From contig NW_001865085.1 in NCBI RefSeq assembly GCF_000002865.3, forward strand, positions 130,256-194,255: a DNA stretch of 64,000 nt, given 5' to 3'. How positions within the stretch are numbered: position 1 is the stretch's first letter; every line of letters begins with the position of its first letter. The notes under the pieces are model-generated. The model saw only the letters and a program-made list of their open reading frames with translations. It did no database searches and was not told where the DNA came from. This DNA comes from Monosiga brevicollis MX1. Its lineage: Eukaryota. Below, in pieces: positions 39,406 through 51,755 of this stretch. A program made the position numbers and the translations under genes.

Positions 39406-42400
39406 TTGACAGGAGACCATCCTGCAGTCATTTTTCACTTCCTGCAGGCCGTGCACAAACACACCGATCTAAGTACAATGGCAGCCTTTTTACTGTCTCC
39501 GCATGGCATTGGGTTTGCTTATGCAATTGTGGCAGCGCTTCTCGATGACGAGCACGCGCTTTTGCGTCAAAGCAGTCACGACGAAGAAGCAAGTGCGCTC
39601 TCGTCACGGGACTGGCTGACAGTGCCTGCAGGGCGAGTCGGTGCGGTGCTGGCCCAACTGCTCAACGCTGAAATCACGACGGACGGCGATGATGGCAAAG
39701 CTAAAATTCTTGCGTGCATGTGTGAACTCGTGCTGTCACGCTTGCGCAAGGGCCCCACCGAGGCCATCTTTGACTATGCTGATGAGATTGATGACAGCTT
39801 GAGCGACGACGATGAGGATGCTGGGGCCGATGAGTTTGATGATAGAGCAGCGGCTCAATTCTTCACACGCGATCTGGCAGCAAGTGCATGCAAGGCCGCG
39901 CGACACTTTGACGAACAGGAGATCGTTGGGCAAATGCTATCGCTGGCTCGCGTGACGGCCTTTTTTGAGCTTGCGCTCGAGTCCATGGAGGCCGAGGATG
40001 CCCCGGACCACGTGGCTCTTTTGACCGCCTCGGAAGCCAAGCAAGGGATCAACGCCATTATCGAGGCGTCACGCTCGCCCTTGTTTGTGGACCACTTACT
40101 GCGACTCAAACATGCGCGTCACGGCATGGCAGAGACCCTACTCTGGGCTCAAACGTGTGCTGACTTACCGCGCGTGGAGCGACGCGCGGCGTCGGCTGAT
40201 CTGGCAATCCAAAGCATCCCATTTGATCCCTTTCTGCGCGTCCCTGGACACAATGGCGCCGTGCAGGCTGTGGCCACCCTGCAGGCCAGCCCAGATGATG
40301 GCGCTTTTCAAGCACTGCTCAAGGACGCCACGGGCCCGACTGGTAACGACGCGACGAATCGGGCGGGGCTTTTGCTGTACGGTGCCCTATGGCACCAGCT
40401 GTACGTGCCATGTCTATCCGAGGGAACAGAGGCCCGGCGGCAGCGTTTGCGGGTGGTGCTGGGAGAATATCGTGAGAAATTTACTCCACTGCAGCGCGCC
40501 CTGCTGGAAGGTCGTGCACATTTCGGCCTGCCCCGGGATCAAAACCCCTACGTGGACATGACGACGCCTAAAGTCGATGGCCTCCGCCTATCGTGGATGA
40601 CCTTCGCGCACGCACATTTGGCAAGCCATCACCTGGGGGCTGTGGGTACCTGGTTTCGATCTTTGTACCTCGACCCTGCCAGCCTTGAGAATAGTTTCTT
40701 TCCAGGTGCTGGAGAAAGTTGCTTTGCCGACGTGCTACGGGGCCTAGGGGAAGCTGCAACGCGGTATCAGTGTGACTGCGGCTACCAATATCTGGTTATG
40801 AATTGTGGTGGCGTGCGAGAAGAACGTCGATGTCCCCAGTGTCCGCGAACGCTGGGCGGAAACAACTACCATGCCAATGCAGGCCAAACCCGGCTCGATG
40901 CTGCACCCGTAGGGCCGGACGCAGCAGAGGCGCAGAAGGATGTGCGCGGTTATCCAGCGCAACTCGGAACTCAGCTTCTGCGACACGGCGTGCGTCAGTT
41001 GTCCTTGCAGACGATGCGAACGCTTGACGCCCTGATGCACTCAACGTTGCTGCAAGCCATTACTCTGCTGGGACAAGGCGAGGCGGTCCGAGCACTGATG
41101 CACTGTCCATCAATCGAGCAGGCGCACGATATTTGCGCTGCTCGAGTGCGGCTGGCATGGGATAATCTGGGCATGCTACTGGGTGAGCTCTCGGATGAGC
41201 AAGTGTTTGCTGTCATGGTGGAAGCAATATATCGTCTAAGAGACGTGGAAGTGGCCCAGCTGGCGGTCTTGGATCAGGTCGAGACAAGAATGGAGTGGGA
41301 GAGGGCCATTGAGGCTGCACTTGGCCCTCTCTGGCGCCAGCCAGCAACAGTGCCAGCAACAGTGCTCGAGAACTTTCGCGTGGAAGCAGAGGCACACGCC
41401 CAGGAACAACCTCTTCATCCGCTACGGGCAGTATTGGAAATGCGGGAGGAGGTGCGCAACAATGATTTGACAGCAGCGGCTGGACTTTTGGCTCGACGCG
41501 TAGTGGGCCCACGATCCATGGACAACTTTTTCACATGGCTGAGGGCGACGCCAAATTTGGCCGACAAGCACCCGTTTCTGGCACTGTTTGAAGAAGAACG
41601 GCAAAACCAGCTGCTGCAGCACCTATCTCTGTTGCCCGACTTGAACAACTGGTGCCAGTATGTGTGTGACCGGTATGCAGGCCTTGTCTCGCGGGAGGAG
41701 GCGGAGCAACAGACAGTGGCAGAGTTTTTTGCGGCTCGGGAGCCAGCATTGCTGGAGGAGGGATCCGTTTTATGCCTTGCCATGGACGCGCTACGTCAAC
41801 TACTGAAGCTGGGCGGAGACATTCAGTCGCATAGCCTCAGCGACGATGGGGAGATCCGCAGGGTGTGTAAGCAGCTCGAAGCGGTGCAAGACATTGCAAT
41901 GGACCGTGTCAGCTTGCAACTGATGCTACCCGTCGAGAACGCATCGGTGGATCACCTGTGGACATTTACGCTGCTTTTGACAAACACCCACAATGTTACC
42001 TTACAGCGGGTTTTGGCGTTGCAGCATCAGGCCCCGCGGCAAAATTATTTCGCTTTTCAGCGAGCTGCCCTGAAAAGCATGCACACGATTCGGCATCAGG
42101 ACTTGGTGGACATGACGTGGCACGAGGAGTTTTTGGATTTGAGTACATCGAGGCTGGAGCAAGGCGGGGGACAACAAATTACGTATTTTGGCACGTTGAT
42201 TGAAGAAAACGTGGCCCTCAACAGCGTAGACGGGCGCAGCATGCTTGATATGACAACCATGCCTCGATTCATGTATCAGCGGGACTCCTCTCAAGATCTG
42301 ACGAACGCTTTTCGGAATGTGCAGAATCGGGTGGCACAAAGGCCGCTGAGCACAGACTTGGAGCAGCAGATGGAACGCGACTATGAGCTGCACCAGCGCC

Positions 42401-43214
42401 ACGTCGACGGCCTTCTTACAGCACTTGGCGTGCTCATGTTTGCCGTGAGCCGTGGCCGGGCTCGCGGTACAATTGGCGACTTTTTGGAGGAACGGCGGAA
42501 AGACGCGCCCGAATTGGAAGTGCTGCAGCTCGCGCGCTTCCAGGCAATCGATCTGTGCTACCTGCAGGCGCTCTATGAAGCCATGGAACATTTGCTGGCC
42601 GACACGTTGGTGGCTGATCTAGCCGACGCGTACAAGCAGACCCTGTCGGACACGCTGGCACAGGAGGTGAGGAAATGTCTAGGTACGGGGCAACATCCGC
42701 AAACTGGCCGAGATCAGCTGCCGCCCCGGTTGTTATTGAATGCACTGCGACAACTTGTCGTCCGTTATTTACGTCACAACGACCAAGCCTCGTATCCCGG
42801 GGCGTTTCCGCTTGGCCAAATGTTGAATTACGCTTGGCGCTTTCCGCTTGGTTCTTTCAAGGTATGTTCTGGCGTGGCATGGCTAGTGTGAGATATCCAG
42901 CAGCGGGGCTGATGTTGGCAGGGACCCTGACACAAGAATCGGACTCATGTGTGCTACCATGGCTGCCCTGCTCTGATTGTTAGGAGTTTTCCGAGGATAT
43001 TGATGAGCGGCTGCCGGGGGATCTCCTGCTTGAGCATGTGCACTCGCTGTTCCTGATGTTGGAGAAGCTGCTTCATCAAGACAAGGAGGCACTGCAGGCC
43101 GCGGCAGCGGCCGCACACGTGCCACAAGGCGTTGCTGGGAGTGTGCGACCACCGCCCCAGCGCAAGCTCAAGACGGGTCGCCCCAAACGCACGCAGCGAG
43201 CCAAAAGGACTTAG
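39406..43214 (+). CDS. RNF213-like C-terminal module protein (RZ-type zinc finger plus C-terminal domain); start uncertain
   Basis: FFPG...YQCDCGYQYLVMNCGG...RCPQCPRTLGGNNYH (RZ finger), then DVRGY, RQLSLQTMRTL..LMH, RMEWE, LQHLSLLPDL, GGQQITY, VAQRPL, IDLCYLQALYE and LRQLVVRYL. The last exon has LPGDLLLEH. The order follows the RNF213 C-terminus. Confidence 0.72.
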
Positions 43215-43353
43215 TTGTTCATTTGGAGAATGGTTGTTCAAACAAATCAATCCTCATGTTAGTTGATCAAATGGTTTGCATCGTCAATTGAATAACAACG
43301 TCAAGTGAGCATTCGAAACCGAGGTGAATGCCGGGGACTCGGAGGAGAGGCGA

Positions 43354-44547
43354 TTACCATGTTGTTGTGGCTAGCGCAAAACCAGCTCGGGAGTCATCCG
43401 TGGGTCCCAAATTCCGCCAAACCCCACCAGCAAGGTCAAGCACGGCGGTTTCGCCCCCGATGATGTTGATGCCTGGAAAATGACTGATGCCAAAGAAAAT
43501 CCAAAGGCTGCCTTGGATAGCAGCGGCACCAAAGTGGGTAAGTCCAACGGATGAAAACTCGTAGGAGAACAGGGACCAGCCCACGGGGGTGAGTTGTTCA
43601 AAGGAGCCAGCGAGGGTTTGGATATGATTTTCGCCTCCCAGGACGAAGACGGTGTTATCAAATACTGCAGCTGCTCCAAATGCGCGAGAAGTGTTAAGGC
43701 TCGGGCCCAAGGACCATGGGGCCCCAGTCGGTAAGGGCGGGCGTGTGAGGACTTGGCGGGAAGCGGCGTGGTCGTGGTTGTAGCCGCCAATGACGAACAG
43801 TGTGTTGTTGTGAGCCACGGTCATGTGCCCGAACAAAGGTTGGAGCAGCGAGGGTTCGGAGCGCCAATTTGCCTCGCCTGGGCCCCACGAGAGGACGGTG
43901 GCGGTGGGCACGCCACTGATGCGGCCCCCAACAACCCAGATGCGTTCTGCCAAGACGGCGGCGGCGAAATCGTACCGTTGTTGCGGCAGATCGGGTACCA
44001 AGCCGGTCGTCCATCCACCGGTGCGGGAAGCAAGCACAAGAGTGGGGGTGTGACTGGAGTCTTGTTGGGGAGTGAGGCCACCGAGGAGGACGATGCGGTC
44101 ATTGTGGGTTACAGCAGCGGCGCGCCACCGGGGGTGGGGTAAGGATGGGCCGTCTCTCCATGTTTGGCCATCAGTGCAACGGACGGAGGAGAGGTTGGTC
44201 GTGGAATCGTAGCCCCCAATAACACATGCAGTGGTGGCAGTAATCGGCGTTGGCATGAGTTGAGCAAGCTGCTGGGCTTGTGCATTGACTTGGGTCTGCA
44301 GGGCGGCAAGGGTGTGGGTGGTGTTGTTGGCATATGCGGACAAGGCGGCGAGCTGAGCGAGCACATCGACGCCATTGAGCAGGATCTTGCCAGGCGGGGA
44401 GACGGTGCCATTGATATGAAGGTTGCCGCTCTCATCGAGGCTGAAGCGAAACTGATCGCTGGGCGGGGTGTTGGCAGCGTTGGTGAAGACAAAAGGGCGC
44501 ACGCAGAGCAGGGCCGCAACCGTGAGCAAACGAAGAAGTTTCGGCAT
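43354..44547 (-). CDS. Secreted Kelch-repeat protein with an N-terminal trimer-like module, intronless
   Basis: Signal peptide MPKLLRLLTVAALLCV; module SLDESGNLHING...KILLNGVDVLAQLAAL; Kelch repeats (VIGGYD, W..GPSL..PR, VLLGG, WVVGG, FVIGGY, FVLGG). Confidence 0.9.
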   Translation of the reverse strand: MPKLLRLLTVAALLCVRPFVFTNAANTPPSDQFRFSLDESGNLHINGTVSPPGKILLNGVDVLAQLAALSAYANNTTHTLAALQTQVNAQAQQLAQLMPTPITATTACVIGGYDSTTNLSSVRCTDGQTWRDGPSLPHPRWRAAAVTHNDRIVLLGGLTPQQDSSHTPTLVLASRTGGWTTGLVPDLPQQRYDFAAAVLAERIWVVGGRISGVPTATVLSWGPGEANWRSEPSLLQPLFGHMTVAHNNTLFVIGGYNHDHAASRQVLTRPPLPTGAPWSLGPSLNTSRAFGAAAVFDNTVFVLGGENHIQTLAGSFEQLTPVGWSLFSYEFSSVGLTHFGAAAIQGSLWIFFGISHFPGINIIGGETAVLDLAGGVWRNLGPTDDSRAGFALATTTW

Positions 44548-45354
44548 GGCATGTGTTGGGCCAGTGATGAAGAAGACAGAGAGCCGAAGGTGGAACCAAA
44601 CGGGCGCAGGTGGCGTGGAGGCGGTGGCTTCGGTGGGTGCAAGGAGGAGTGACGTTGGAGTGCGCAGGCGGTTCGCAGATGACTGGAAGGCCTCTCGACA
44701 CGCCGCCCTTGTCCGGCTGCTCATGTGCAAAGCGATGGGAGCAGAGTGGAGAGATGTGTGATGCGATGCCGTGAGAGGGAGTGAAAGGCGAGGAAGAGAG
44801 GAAGAGCGGATGTGCGTGAAGAAGGGAGAGGTGAGGCAGGGCAGGCGGCAGCGACGCACGAGGGGGAGGCGTCGTGCGTCGCGCGACAAGTGCCGGGAGT
44901 GACGGGGATCAGCGGGTTGATGATAATTGGGCGATATCACCATCGACATGCAGAGATGGGGAGTTAGGGTGGGGATTTATTCAGAGAGTGGGGAGAACGA
45001 GTAAAGCAAATCAGAGAGAGAGCTTGGATTGAGTTCGGTCAAGGAGGAGAAACGTAGCCAAAAAAGAGAAATGATGCGGGTTGAAGACAAAATTCAGAGA
45101 CTGAGGTGAAAATACAGCATGCTCTCAGAGGTTGACTAAAAGGGGGCGGATAGGATAGCCTTTGGACCTACTGCCTGTCAAGGGAGTGGACGTCAGGTTG
45201 GATTGTGCCTCTGTAAGTGTGTTTGGTGTGTGCGCTCGCACCGTCTCAGAGGGGCGTGTGTGTGTCTCCGAGGATCTGATTGCAAAGCGGTGGGTCGCTT
45301 GACACTCGCAGGTGTTCTCCTTCTCGATGCCGGCTGCCATATTGCACCAGAGGA

Positions 45355-45492
45355 AAGGTTTTGTTGAGAGAGATTGAGAGAGTTTGAGAGGTTTTGTTGA
45401 GAGGTTTTGTTGAGAGATTGAGAGAGATTGAGAGGAGTTTAGAAGAGGGAGTGAGAGAAGAGATTGAGTGAATGGAGACTTGAGAGAAGAGA
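45355..45492. repeat. Degenerate GAGAGATT/GAGAGGTTTTGTT low-complexity repeat
   Basis: Direct inspection. Confidence 0.75.
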
Positions 45493-46065
45493 TTTTTGTA
45501 ATTGTACCACATGTGAGCCAGATTGAAGCAAGCTTCTCTATCTTCACATAGTTTACATTCAAGAAGCGCACGCCCCTTATGCTTGATCACAAACGATCGG
45601 ACACCAATGACGTGCACTTAACAACAACAGCCAGAGGACAGCCCACGACATCACACAAGGGTGCAGAGAATAGCACACCCTAAGATGGTTTTAAAGGGGT
45701 TAATAGAGTTAAAGTAGCACACGGTCAAGGTTGATCCTCTATACGGCAGCTGTGTTGAAGGACAGTTTGGAGTCAGAGAGAGAGGAAAATAATTTTCAAT
45801 CAATCCCTTTTTTTTTAAAATTTAAACCGGCAAGGGCCTGGCTGGAAGAAGAGGACATGATGACCCAGCTGATGTGGAGAGGTATGTGGCGATGGCGCTT
45901 GATCGTTGGTGGCGGTGGTTGGGGGAGGAGGGCTAGGGAGGCGGGGGAGGCGGGTGATTGCTGTGGTAGCTGTGGTTGGACGATGGGGGATATGGACGAT
46001 GGTGGATCGAGAGGGATTGCTGCTTCGAACACGATGGTAAGCTGATCTGGTTGATAGGCGTAGGG

Positions 46066-47925
46066 ATGTGGCCGCGTCACCGGTTCTCTTTGGGTCTGGC
46101 AGTGGCAATGGCCCTTGTGCTCGCTAGTAAGCTGGTTGTGCTGTATCCTCGAGGCTCCTTTGGTGCATTGGGATCGTGATGCAGCGTCCCGTTCTCATTT
46201 ACCACGGTGCACAGGCACGGGGAGCCGCGCGGAAATGGTGGTGTACATGGGCGGCTCATGCGAGGACGCCAACGTCACCGTGGACGATGCCTTGCTGATC
46301 TTTGACGCAAACACCACATGCTACAGCGTTATGGGTGGCTTCTACTCCTTTGCTTGCTCGGACAGCGGCGTGCCCGAGGCGTACAAATGGAGCGACTACC
46401 AATGCACCACCGGCACCTTTGTCAACCTCTCCTCTGGCTGCTTCACCTACGGCAGCCGAAACGCCCATGTCATGTGTGCCGAGGCCAGCGTTTTTCCCAC
46501 AAACACAAGGGCCGTCATGTCCGCCTTTGAGGCGGTTGACTGCTCGGCTGGCAAGATTGCGGACCTTGCCATTCGCGACACCTGCGCCAACGCCGTGACC
46601 CCGGCCTTTGCCATTGGCTCGGGCGCGACCAGTGCCGACGCTTGCGACGATGATGATGGCTGTCTAAGATTTTTCCATGATAGCCTGGGATATGGCCATA
46701 TGATGGCGACCTGCTATTCTGATAATACCATCCTGGTCGAGATCTTTAGCGATCAGTGTGACGAGGGCTACTATCATGCCCGCGTGTCTCCGGGAGCCTG
46801 CCTCACCATTGGCGTAAACTACACCGGTGGTTCGTTCGAGCTCCCCCCCCCCCCCCCCCCCCACCTGCTGTCCGGCACTCTTTTTCATGTTGTTTTCGCG
46901 TCCTTGCTGACCCTGCGCCCCCTTTGCCTGTGTGCCCACATGTCAGGAAACACCGCGTTTTTTAATCAGTATGTGGCCGCCGAGCTACTTTCCTTCTCTT
47001 TTACTTGCCTCGACTCGGCCCCCACCGAGCAACCTCCGTCCACGCCCAGCACCCTCTATCTGGGTGGCTCTTGTGACAATGCCACCTCCATTGATCAAGC
47101 GGGGGCCGCGTTTCTGGTTGACGAGTGCTACGAGGTTGCCAATGGCCACTACACGTTTGGCTGTGATGAGAATGGGTACCCCATTGCCAGAGAGTATATG
47201 GATACCAACTGCGGCGGCACCTACGTCTCCACAATTCTCACCGACAATTGCTTTACACAAGTGGATGAAAACTCTCGCATCACCTGCTCCGATGCCACAC
47301 CCACCAGTACCACGGCCTTTATGGGCGCCTACACCTCTGAAAACTGTGGCGATGATGTCATCACCTACGTACCCCTCCGCGACAGCTGCGCAGCCGCCCC
47401 GTCCCTGGCGGTGGCACTGAGCGGCGGCGTCAATGCTTCCGAGCTTTGCAACGGCGATGCCGGTTGCATGGCCTCGTTCCAGTCCGACCTCGGCTATTTG
47501 CGCATTGTCGCCACCTGCCATGCCGACGGCTTGATCAACGTACTCTTTTACACAGAGGACTGCGCCTCCATCAAGCACAACCTCACAGTTTCCGAAGCAG
47601 CGTGCCTGGACGTTGGCACCAATCTCACTGGTGAGTCTCGACTTGTCATTGAGTTTCTCTTTCGCCTCACGCTCAACCTGTGTCTTGACAAGCGGCCTCG
47701 GGCTCACGCTTTGCAACTGCCACAGTGAGCACCTCGAGCTTCAATCAATTTGTCCGAGCTGGACTCGGCTCCCTCTCCTTCTTTTGCATCGATTCTGCCG
47801 CAGCATCAACGACCACCACGACCTCGACAACAACCACATCGTCCGCGACTGCCCCGCTTGCCGCCCTGCCACACATCCTGCTCGTGGCCCTCTTGTGTTT
47901 ACCTCTACTGTTTGTCGCCGCATAA
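46066..47925 (+). CDS. Cys-rich surface glycoprotein with two tandem ~230-aa repeats, a Thr-rich stalk and a hydrophobic, GPI-signal-like C-terminus
   Basis: Signal-peptide exon MWPRHRFSLGLAVAMALVLA. Repeats YMGGSC...CY...YSFAC...RDTC...LGY...ATC and YLGGSC...CY...YTFGC...RDSC...LGY...ATC. Ends STTTTTS...LPHILLVALLCLPLLFVAA*. Confidence 0.8.
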
Positions 47926-48315
47926 GCTCGTCATGGCGCATTTCTATTTTGTTATCATGCATGTTGATGCCCTTTTTAATGGACCATTTCTCTCTCCAAG
48001 GCAAAGAGGATCTGCACCCAGGTGGTTCGGGTAGGACAAAAAGAAAAGAAAAGAAAAGGATCAATCCTGTTGAAATCGATTGGACAAGGAGTGGTCGAGA
48101 CAGCACACTCTCACAATGAGCATTTTTTTTTTTTTTTTCGTGTTTCAAATGATAAGGGAATTGAGCAACGTGCCCGGGAAAAACAAAGTACAGCAGTAAA
48201 GCAACAACAGCTCTCCTGGCAAAAGAGGAAAAGCAACAGCAAAAGCAAAAAACAAGAGAAATCAAGAGCAGAGATGGGGAAGATGAATAATCTTCACAGG
48301 AAATGGCTTGAAGCT

Positions 48316-49647
48316 TTACACGCAGGTGACGAGACGCTTGGTGCCGATCAGACCAGCTTCGGCAGCGGCAGACACAGGCACGAAGCGTTCCGTGTCCGGC
48401 TGGGGATCGGCGGGCTCACCGCTCGTCCCCTCGCGGGGGCGGAAGGGGTGCGGCGCGCCCTCGCCTGACCGGGTGATGCAGCGGGGGTCCACGCCCTGCT
48501 CAGCATCCCACAGCTCACCGTAGGCAAAGACTAGGAAGAGGATGGCGCCGACAAAATAGAAGAAACCGCCGAGCAAGTCAAACCAAATCACGAGCGACTC
48601 GGAGCAGACATCCCGTCGAGCAAAAGGATCGCCTTGGATGGGGGCTTGCAAATCGCGAATGCCGTTCAAGTTGCAAGTCCCCGAAATCATGTAAAAGACG
48701 GAGCCAATAAAAAGCGCCAGTGAACCCCAGAAATAGCTGTTGACAATGCGGGTCCAGAGGGGCCGCTGAAAGTGGTCGGCCGAGTCCACCAGGAAGATGA
48801 AGGTGCCAATGAGAAACCAAGCGCAGGAGCAAAACCAGTTCCACGAGGCGGCGACCGGGTGGCGCTGCAGATAAAAAATTGCATAGGCAAGCAAGAAAAG
48901 CCCTCCCAATGTGAGTGAGAGAACGCCCGTGTGGTATGCCGACCCGGGCCGTCGACTGGGTCGGTCCCAGAGGGTAGAGTAAATGGCGCGGGCTTCGACA
49001 AAGAGCTTGGCCAGGAGAAAGGCAACAACGCCGGCCACCGAGACGTAGACGGCACCATCGTGATCAATGACCTCTTGCATGAGCAATAGGGGGCCTAAAA
49101 AGTAGAGCAGCCCTCCAAGCACAAAAAGCCAACCACCCCACACGTTCAGGTCGTTGTAGTATCGACCCACGCTGCGCCAGAGGCCCCGCCAGCTGTTGAA
49201 GACGCGGAGATGGCGCATGGTCCGGCCCATGATGAGCATGGTGTGAACGACGCCCTTGTGAGCATGAGCATTGCCGACAAAGTCGGGTCGGGGCAGATCG
49301 AGCGTGGAGCCCCACAGGTCGGCCTCGCGCATCAATCGTCGCATGCGGGCTTCGCGCCAGGTCTGGCGTAGGCTGGTCAGCTGGCTGGGGTGGGCCGAGA
49401 GATTGTCGTAGTCTTCGTTTGCGGCGTCGCCCAGGGCTGGTACCGACGCGTTGATGGCCGTGGTGGTGTGAGCAAGTGGGACTGGGGCATCAATGTTGAG
49501 CCACTCTGCTGGGGCAGATGCAGGAGAGCCGCGCTCAAAGGTATTCGTCTCCTCGATCATGGTTTGATCGAGGTCGTGCCCGAGCACAGAGACGATGTGC
49601 TCGGCAGAGCGGGGCGTGGAGTCGGTGGACGGCGGAGTTGGCTGCAT
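48316..49647 (-). CDS. Multi-pass membrane protein, YrhK-like repeats (paralog 1), intronless
   Basis: About 6-7 hydrophobic helices with F..G...F..G patterns (WGGWLFVLGGLLYFLG; LALFIGSVFYMISG; LLGGFFYFVGAILF). Confidence 0.8.
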   Translation of the reverse strand: MQPTPPSTDSTPRSAEHIVSVLGHDLDQTMIEETNTFERGSPASAPAEWLNIDAPVPLAHTTTAINASVPALGDAANEDYDNLSAHPSQLTSLRQTWREARMRRLMREADLWGSTLDLPRPDFVGNAHAHKGVVHTMLIMGRTMRHLRVFNSWRGLWRSVGRYYNDLNVWGGWLFVLGGLLYFLGPLLLMQEVIDHDGAVYVSVAGVVAFLLAKLFVEARAIYSTLWDRPSRRPGSAYHTGVLSLTLGGLFLLAYAIFYLQRHPVAASWNWFCSCAWFLIGTFIFLVDSADHFQRPLWTRIVNSYFWGSLALFIGSVFYMISGTCNLNGIRDLQAPIQGDPFARRDVCSESLVIWFDLLGGFFYFVGAILFLVFAYGELWDAEQGVDPRCITRSGEGAPHPFRPREGTSGEPADPQPDTERFVPVSAAAEAGLIGTKRLVTCV

Positions 49648-50732
49648 GGCGGCGGTTTGCAAGCCACGTGTAGTTTCGTCGTTTCGATGAGGAACAGAAT
49701 TCTCGCTGCAGAGTCAATGCGGACCTTGCGGGGCAGAAGCAGAGGTAGTCTCGCTGCGCTCCGGGTGGGCTTTTTGACGGCACGGCTTGCTGCTGCAGCC
49801 GCGCCGCCAAAGGTGATGCCAACTCATGCCGTGCTCCCAAGCTCTGCTCTAAGACTGGTCAAGGCGTGTGGGGGGAAAAAGGCAGTCAGGGGACGCAGAG
49901 ATGCGCCCGATGAGGTCAGTGGAAAATGCCACTCCCTGGGCTTTGCTGTTTGGATAAAGCAGATGCTTGGCCCGTGGCGGTTGTGCGCATCCGGGAGATG
50001 ATGAGCAAGCGTGGGCCTCGGGACGGGATCATGGGTTGGCTGGTGCATTGTCGGGGGCACGAGCGCAAGCGTGGAGGCGTTTCGAGCCGCTTGGCGTCGT
50101 CAAACCCCATCACGCAGCTGCGTCTTGTGCAAGCCGTTTGGTCGAGGCACCAACCGAACTTGAGGGGACGGAGCGAAGCGGAGCGGGGGGGGGGTGGCGT
50201 GACAACATGAGAGCATGGGCGTGTGGGGTCAGGAAAAAAAGAGTACAAAGCGGTCAGTACCCCCGCTGATAGCGTGGCCGTGGAGCCCCCTACTCCCCCC
50301 TCCCCCCAACAAAGGGGGCAAGCGAGTTCTTGCGGTTGCTCCCGATGAATTTTGTGAAAATTGAACACGAGGTCATCAGTCAGAGTTGAGGTGGGGAGGA
50401 CAAGCACCAGAGGGAGAGAGGCCTTTGATGGGTTCCAAAGCATTACACCTCCTTGCATCCGGCGTCAGTCACGGTCGGTCACGCGACGCGATGGTGTGCG
50501 CATTGAAACCGTTCATCCCACAATCGGACCCAGAGTGCAGCTGCAAAAACCAGCACCAAAATGGTAGGCAACGGTGCAAGGGCACTAGGGAGTGACAGGT
50601 GGCACCATCATCCCTGTCCTTCTCCCCGCTCCCGCTCCCACCCCACCATGTCCTCTTCCTCTCAACCGCGGACCGGGGCCACAAAGCACACACAACACCC
50701 AGCACGAAGCGCCCGCTCTGCCCGCTCTGCTC

Positions 50733-50735
<3 letters not shown>

Positions 50736-50827
<92 letters not shown>
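50736..50827. repeat. (GT)n microsatellite
   Basis: Direct inspection. Confidence 0.97.
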
Positions 50828-50828
<1 letters not shown>

Positions 50829-51755
50829 CAGGGGGGGAATGATGATGCGTCATGTGTGATGTGTGTTGCTTCCGAAGGGGGCTCTTGAATGGGAAACTCA
50901 GCGGGAAACGTTGATGGATTTGTGATTAGGTAATACCATGTCCGCACTTTGTGAAATTGTCAGCATGTGCTTGAGAGAGTGGGGTCATGTGAGGGTGTGT
51001 GTTAGAGGTGAATTGAAGGGGGAAGCAGAGGATGGGGGGTTAGGGGACAAGTGGCAGGGGCCAAGGGGGCAGGGAAAGGGGCAACGGGGCAGCAGGGCAG
51101 CGGGGCAGCGGGGCAGCAGGGAAAGGAGAAGCAGCAGGAAGGCGCTGGCAAGAAAAGCCATGGATGGAGGTCAAATGGCGGAGCCGTGAGGAAAAGCCGT
51201 GCAATCTGTGCCGATCCAATGGTGATCGCTTGCTCCCGAAGAGAGCTTCGAAAGCAACTTGGGGTTCAGCCCGTGGGTACCAATCAAGGGGCGACCAGTT
51301 GATGTTGATGCCGGGCATAGCCCTCCTGGGAGAAAGCCTGATATTACGAGCTTTATGGCCGAGGACGTGATTTTCCAGAAGAAAGTTGAACAAAGTGTTT
51401 CTGGAGTCGACTGGACGGCCCGACCCAAACGCAGGGCGGCACTCAACGCGGCACGAGCCATTGTTGACTGGTGCGGTCGGACGCCTCCGCTGTTAGGGTT
51501 GGAAACGGCCTGTCTGGCCCAGGGCTCACAGCGTCAATTTAGAGATGTCATGAATATTTGATGATTAAAATTAAGAAGTCAAGCTAGGCCAACGGTCATT
51601 GTCGTTGGGAACCCGCTCCACTGGCCGCTCCACGGAGGCCGCGAGCATCGACATCAGAATTATTAATTACAAGCTAAAACCTAACTAGCAAGGCGAGAAG
51701 GGAGGAACAGAGGGGGATTCACTGGAGCAAGTGGCTCGATCCATGATCACGGGCC

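Noticed and set aside
45000..46020. Possible LTR or mobile element in the long spacer
   Set aside because: No TG...CA paired LTRs, primer-binding site or coding motif detected; only low-complexity sequence.
51040..51561. Short ORFs between the two membrane paralogs, possibly a transposon remnant
   Set aside because: No recognisable transposase/RT motif, terminal repeats or splice structure.
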